Shown here piece after piece: positions 61,466-64,000 of a stretch of DNA of 64,000 nt. The stretch is from Marsupella aquatica (lineage: Eukaryota > Plantae > Marchantiophyta). Position 1 is the first letter of the stretch, and the number at the start of each line of letters is the position of its first letter. The notes beneath the pieces were generated by a model. The model saw only the letters and a list, made by a program, of their open reading frames with translations. It did not search any database and was not told where the DNA came from. Both the position numbers and the translations under genes were made by a program. Where the stretch lies: positions 30,931,802 to 30,995,801 of the forward strand of contig OZ316892.1 in NCBI GenBank assembly GCA_973895155.1. The letters are read 5' to 3'.

Positions 61466-62690
61466 TTCAGCATATCGAAATGTTGACACACACAATGGAA
61501 GAATTTGTAGGGAGGTTGGTCCATGCCTAAGGTGAGGTTCATTTTTTGGCTCTTATTGAATCACATTTTCTTCACAAATGGGAGGGGAAGCCATTGGAAG
61601 TTGTGTGATGGTATCTTCTCCAGGTGTATATCATGCTTTGAGCATACTCAACACCTTTTCTTCAGTTGAAACAAAGTTACAAAGAGGTGGAGACGAGGGT
61701 GGAGAGAGATCCAACAACTAGTGCTAGGTTCTCCTGCACTTAAGGTGACTACCAGTACAATGTTTAAGGCCATTGACAATGCAATTTTGAAGTATGAATG
61801 GAATCATGGAATTATGCCACAACATATGGAAAGAAACAAACAAACCCACCTACTCTCAATTTCTTGGGATACGTCCGGATTGGGTGGTCTTCCATAACAC
61901 TAACTTGACGTTGGAATCCATGATAGGCTTCTGTCATTCTGCTAAGAAAGCTAAGCAGGTCAAAGATGTCATTGAGCTACTCCAGGTCGTGCTGAAACCT
62001 CGGGAACAGACTCATAGTCCAGTCTCGCTTGGAGTTGAAGATGAGGAAAGTAGATAGGATCTTGCAGCTGACCAGGTATGGTATACATCTTAGGGAGAGT
62101 AGTAGCAGAGAGCCCTGGTGTACCCGGGGGTGTACCAGCCGCTGGGATCAGGAGTTGGCCATGGTTTGGTGGTTGCTTTTGATTGCTTGACATGACTAGT
62201 CTTGGACTTTCCGGGTTGGACTTTTTGTCCTGCCTGGGCCTTGGTGTGTTCCTCCCTGGGTGGCGTTTGTCCCTGGAGTGGTGTGTTGGGGTGCACCTCC
62301 CTCATTTTGGCACCACCCTTGTGGGGCACTTGGTTGTAAAAGAAAAAGAAAAGAAGATGGCGATCCCTAGTAGCACAGAGGTGCCACTATGAATTGCTAA
62401 ATGAAAGTCTGACAACTTCCAGTACAACCTGATAATTATCAACATTTGATTCCATCCGTCAATCTAAGCAATTCGATGGTTTGCAACTTGCCTTGTGACC
62501 ATTAATGTGCACTGTCCTCTTTGTTAGCCAGTGCTCTATTAATTGCATGCTTCACTTCATCAGGTCCAACTGTTTGAGCTCTCATGAGTTTTCAACTTAG
62601 GCTTCTAGGTCCATTCTGGAAAATCTGGCGGCCTAGAAAAACCCAAGGATAATTCCAAATGTAGTGAATTTCTTCTCACCTTGTTATATT

Positions 62691-62930
62691 GCTGTCAATG
62701 ATAAACTCACGTACGCAATTGTAGAACTGAAAATCACGTCCTAGTGACGAAGCTGAGAGCCCATCACCAAAAACTGGCTCAGGAAACAAAAGGCTAGGGT
62801 CAGGATTGGAGAGGCCACAGGTTAGGTACCTGGTGATTGCTGCAGACCTTGTTGCTACCTTGCAGGAGAAATGGAAAGTATCTCTTGAAGTAAAGGGAAC
62901 TTTCCCTGGGGCTGCACTAGAGAACAGCAG
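62691..62930 (+). CDS. Isoleucyl-tRNA synthetase exon (apparent frameshift at ~62730; no clear AG acceptor)
   Basis: AVNDKLTYAIVELK/SRPS...YLVIAADLV..KW..GAALENSR, GT donor at 62931. Confidence 0.65.
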
Positions 62931-63300
62931 GTTCTTTCTCTACGCCTTGAACCTTTCCTTGGTTAATATTTACTGTTTCCCAGATCCTGTGATAGAGAGA
63001 TGGTGTGGTTATGGATTGTTAAAACCAAGAGAGAGCAACAAATCATAATCTGAGTTTGATACAAGATTTACAAGGGGAGGGGATGGTGGCACCACTGAGA
63101 GTTGGGGTTATTTTTGTACTTGTTCTCTAGATGATACTTTTCTCAAAAGGTTTGTCGCTGCTTTTTGTCGTCAGAGCTAGAAATTCACCGACACTTGTTG
63201 GTGCTAGCCAGTATCACGAAGAGATATGTTGGGCTGAATGGACGACCAGTCTTTCTGATCATAACTGGAACTGATGGCAGCTTAATTCGGTTTCTTGTAG

Positions 63301-63587
63301 ATACAAGCATCCCTTGGTGGAACGGGAGAGCCCAGTCGTCATCGGGGGTGACTACATCACAACAGAGTCAGGGACTGGGTTGGTTCACACAGCCCCAGGT
63401 CATGGCTACGAAGATTATCTGACGGGGCAAAAGTACGGGCTGCCGATGCTGTCGCCTGTGGATGATAATGGAAACTTTACAGATGAAGCAGGGAAGTTTG
63501 CTGGACTGAACGTTCTTGGAGATGGAAATCGAGCAGTGGTGGAGGCTCTTAACGATAATAACTCTCTTCTACTCGAGGAGGCATATG
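63301..63587 (+). CDS. Isoleucyl-tRNA synthetase (organellar, bacterial type) exon, CP1 editing domain
   Basis: YKHPL..DYITTESGTGLVHTAPGHGYEDY..SPVDDNGNFT; AG/GT boundaries in matching phase. Confidence 0.93.
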
Positions 63588-63787
63588 GTGCCTATCGGTG
63601 CTTTACCGGCTCCATTCTTCTTATCTATATAGATTTCTCCTTGACATGTATCCCTGAACTAGCCTACATCTTCTGTATCAGAAACGATATTGAATTAGGG
63701 AATGCGCAGTTGGCATAAAGTAACTGCTTTTGAAGTTGTGGCTCGTTTGGCTAAGATGCTGGGTCCCTCTTGTGTTGTTGGTGACAG

Positions 63788-63924
63788 CTCACAAATATCC
63801 GTACGATTGGCGTACCAAAAAGCCAACGATATTTAGAGCAACTGAACAGTGGTTTGCGTCAGTGGAGGGATTTCAGAAAGCTGCTCTGCAAGCTATTACT
63901 GAAGTGGACTGGTTTCCAGTACAG
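63788..63924 (+). CDS. Isoleucyl-tRNA synthetase exon
   Basis: [22 protein letters not shown]; AG ending 63787, GT at 63925. Confidence 0.93.
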
Positions 63925-64000
63925 GTAGCCATTTGTACAAAGCCTGCCTACTTTGCAGGGTAAAATCAGGAGAGAACAAATTTTCCGTCAAAGCCAGCTG

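Noticed and set aside
61794-62392. Short ORFs as upstream IleRS exons or another gene
   Set aside because: No IleRS motifs and no recognisable homology.

Overview
Plant nuclear DNA, probably from a non-seed plant such as a bryophyte (inferred from the retroelement lineages and accessory proteins). About 60 kb is a deeply nested transposon cluster; the letter names below are mine. A Tork-like Ty1/copia (C) hosts a Ty3/gypsy element A in or next to its LTR. A is interrupted in RT by gypsy D, which itself carries a complete Bianca-type copia (E) and a second A-family copy. C is also interrupted by gypsy F, whose gag is split by a complete 15.5-kb gypsy B (TSD CTGGC). Further right are an orphan LTR-like block (H), an intron-containing RING pseudogene with a Mutator-like MITE, a deleted chromovirus-type gypsy (G) inserted in a CACTA-like end, and three exons of an organellar-type isoleucyl-tRNA synthetase. 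Main observation: three related gypsy families (A, B, D) have 3.8-4.65-kb LTRs that each contain a sense-strand ORF of about 800-1200 codons inside the LTR. These ORFs share one conserved domain, which also occurs fused to a RING finger in a spliced gene at 52-54 kb. Elements B and F also show clear -1 ribosomal frameshift signals after the protease.
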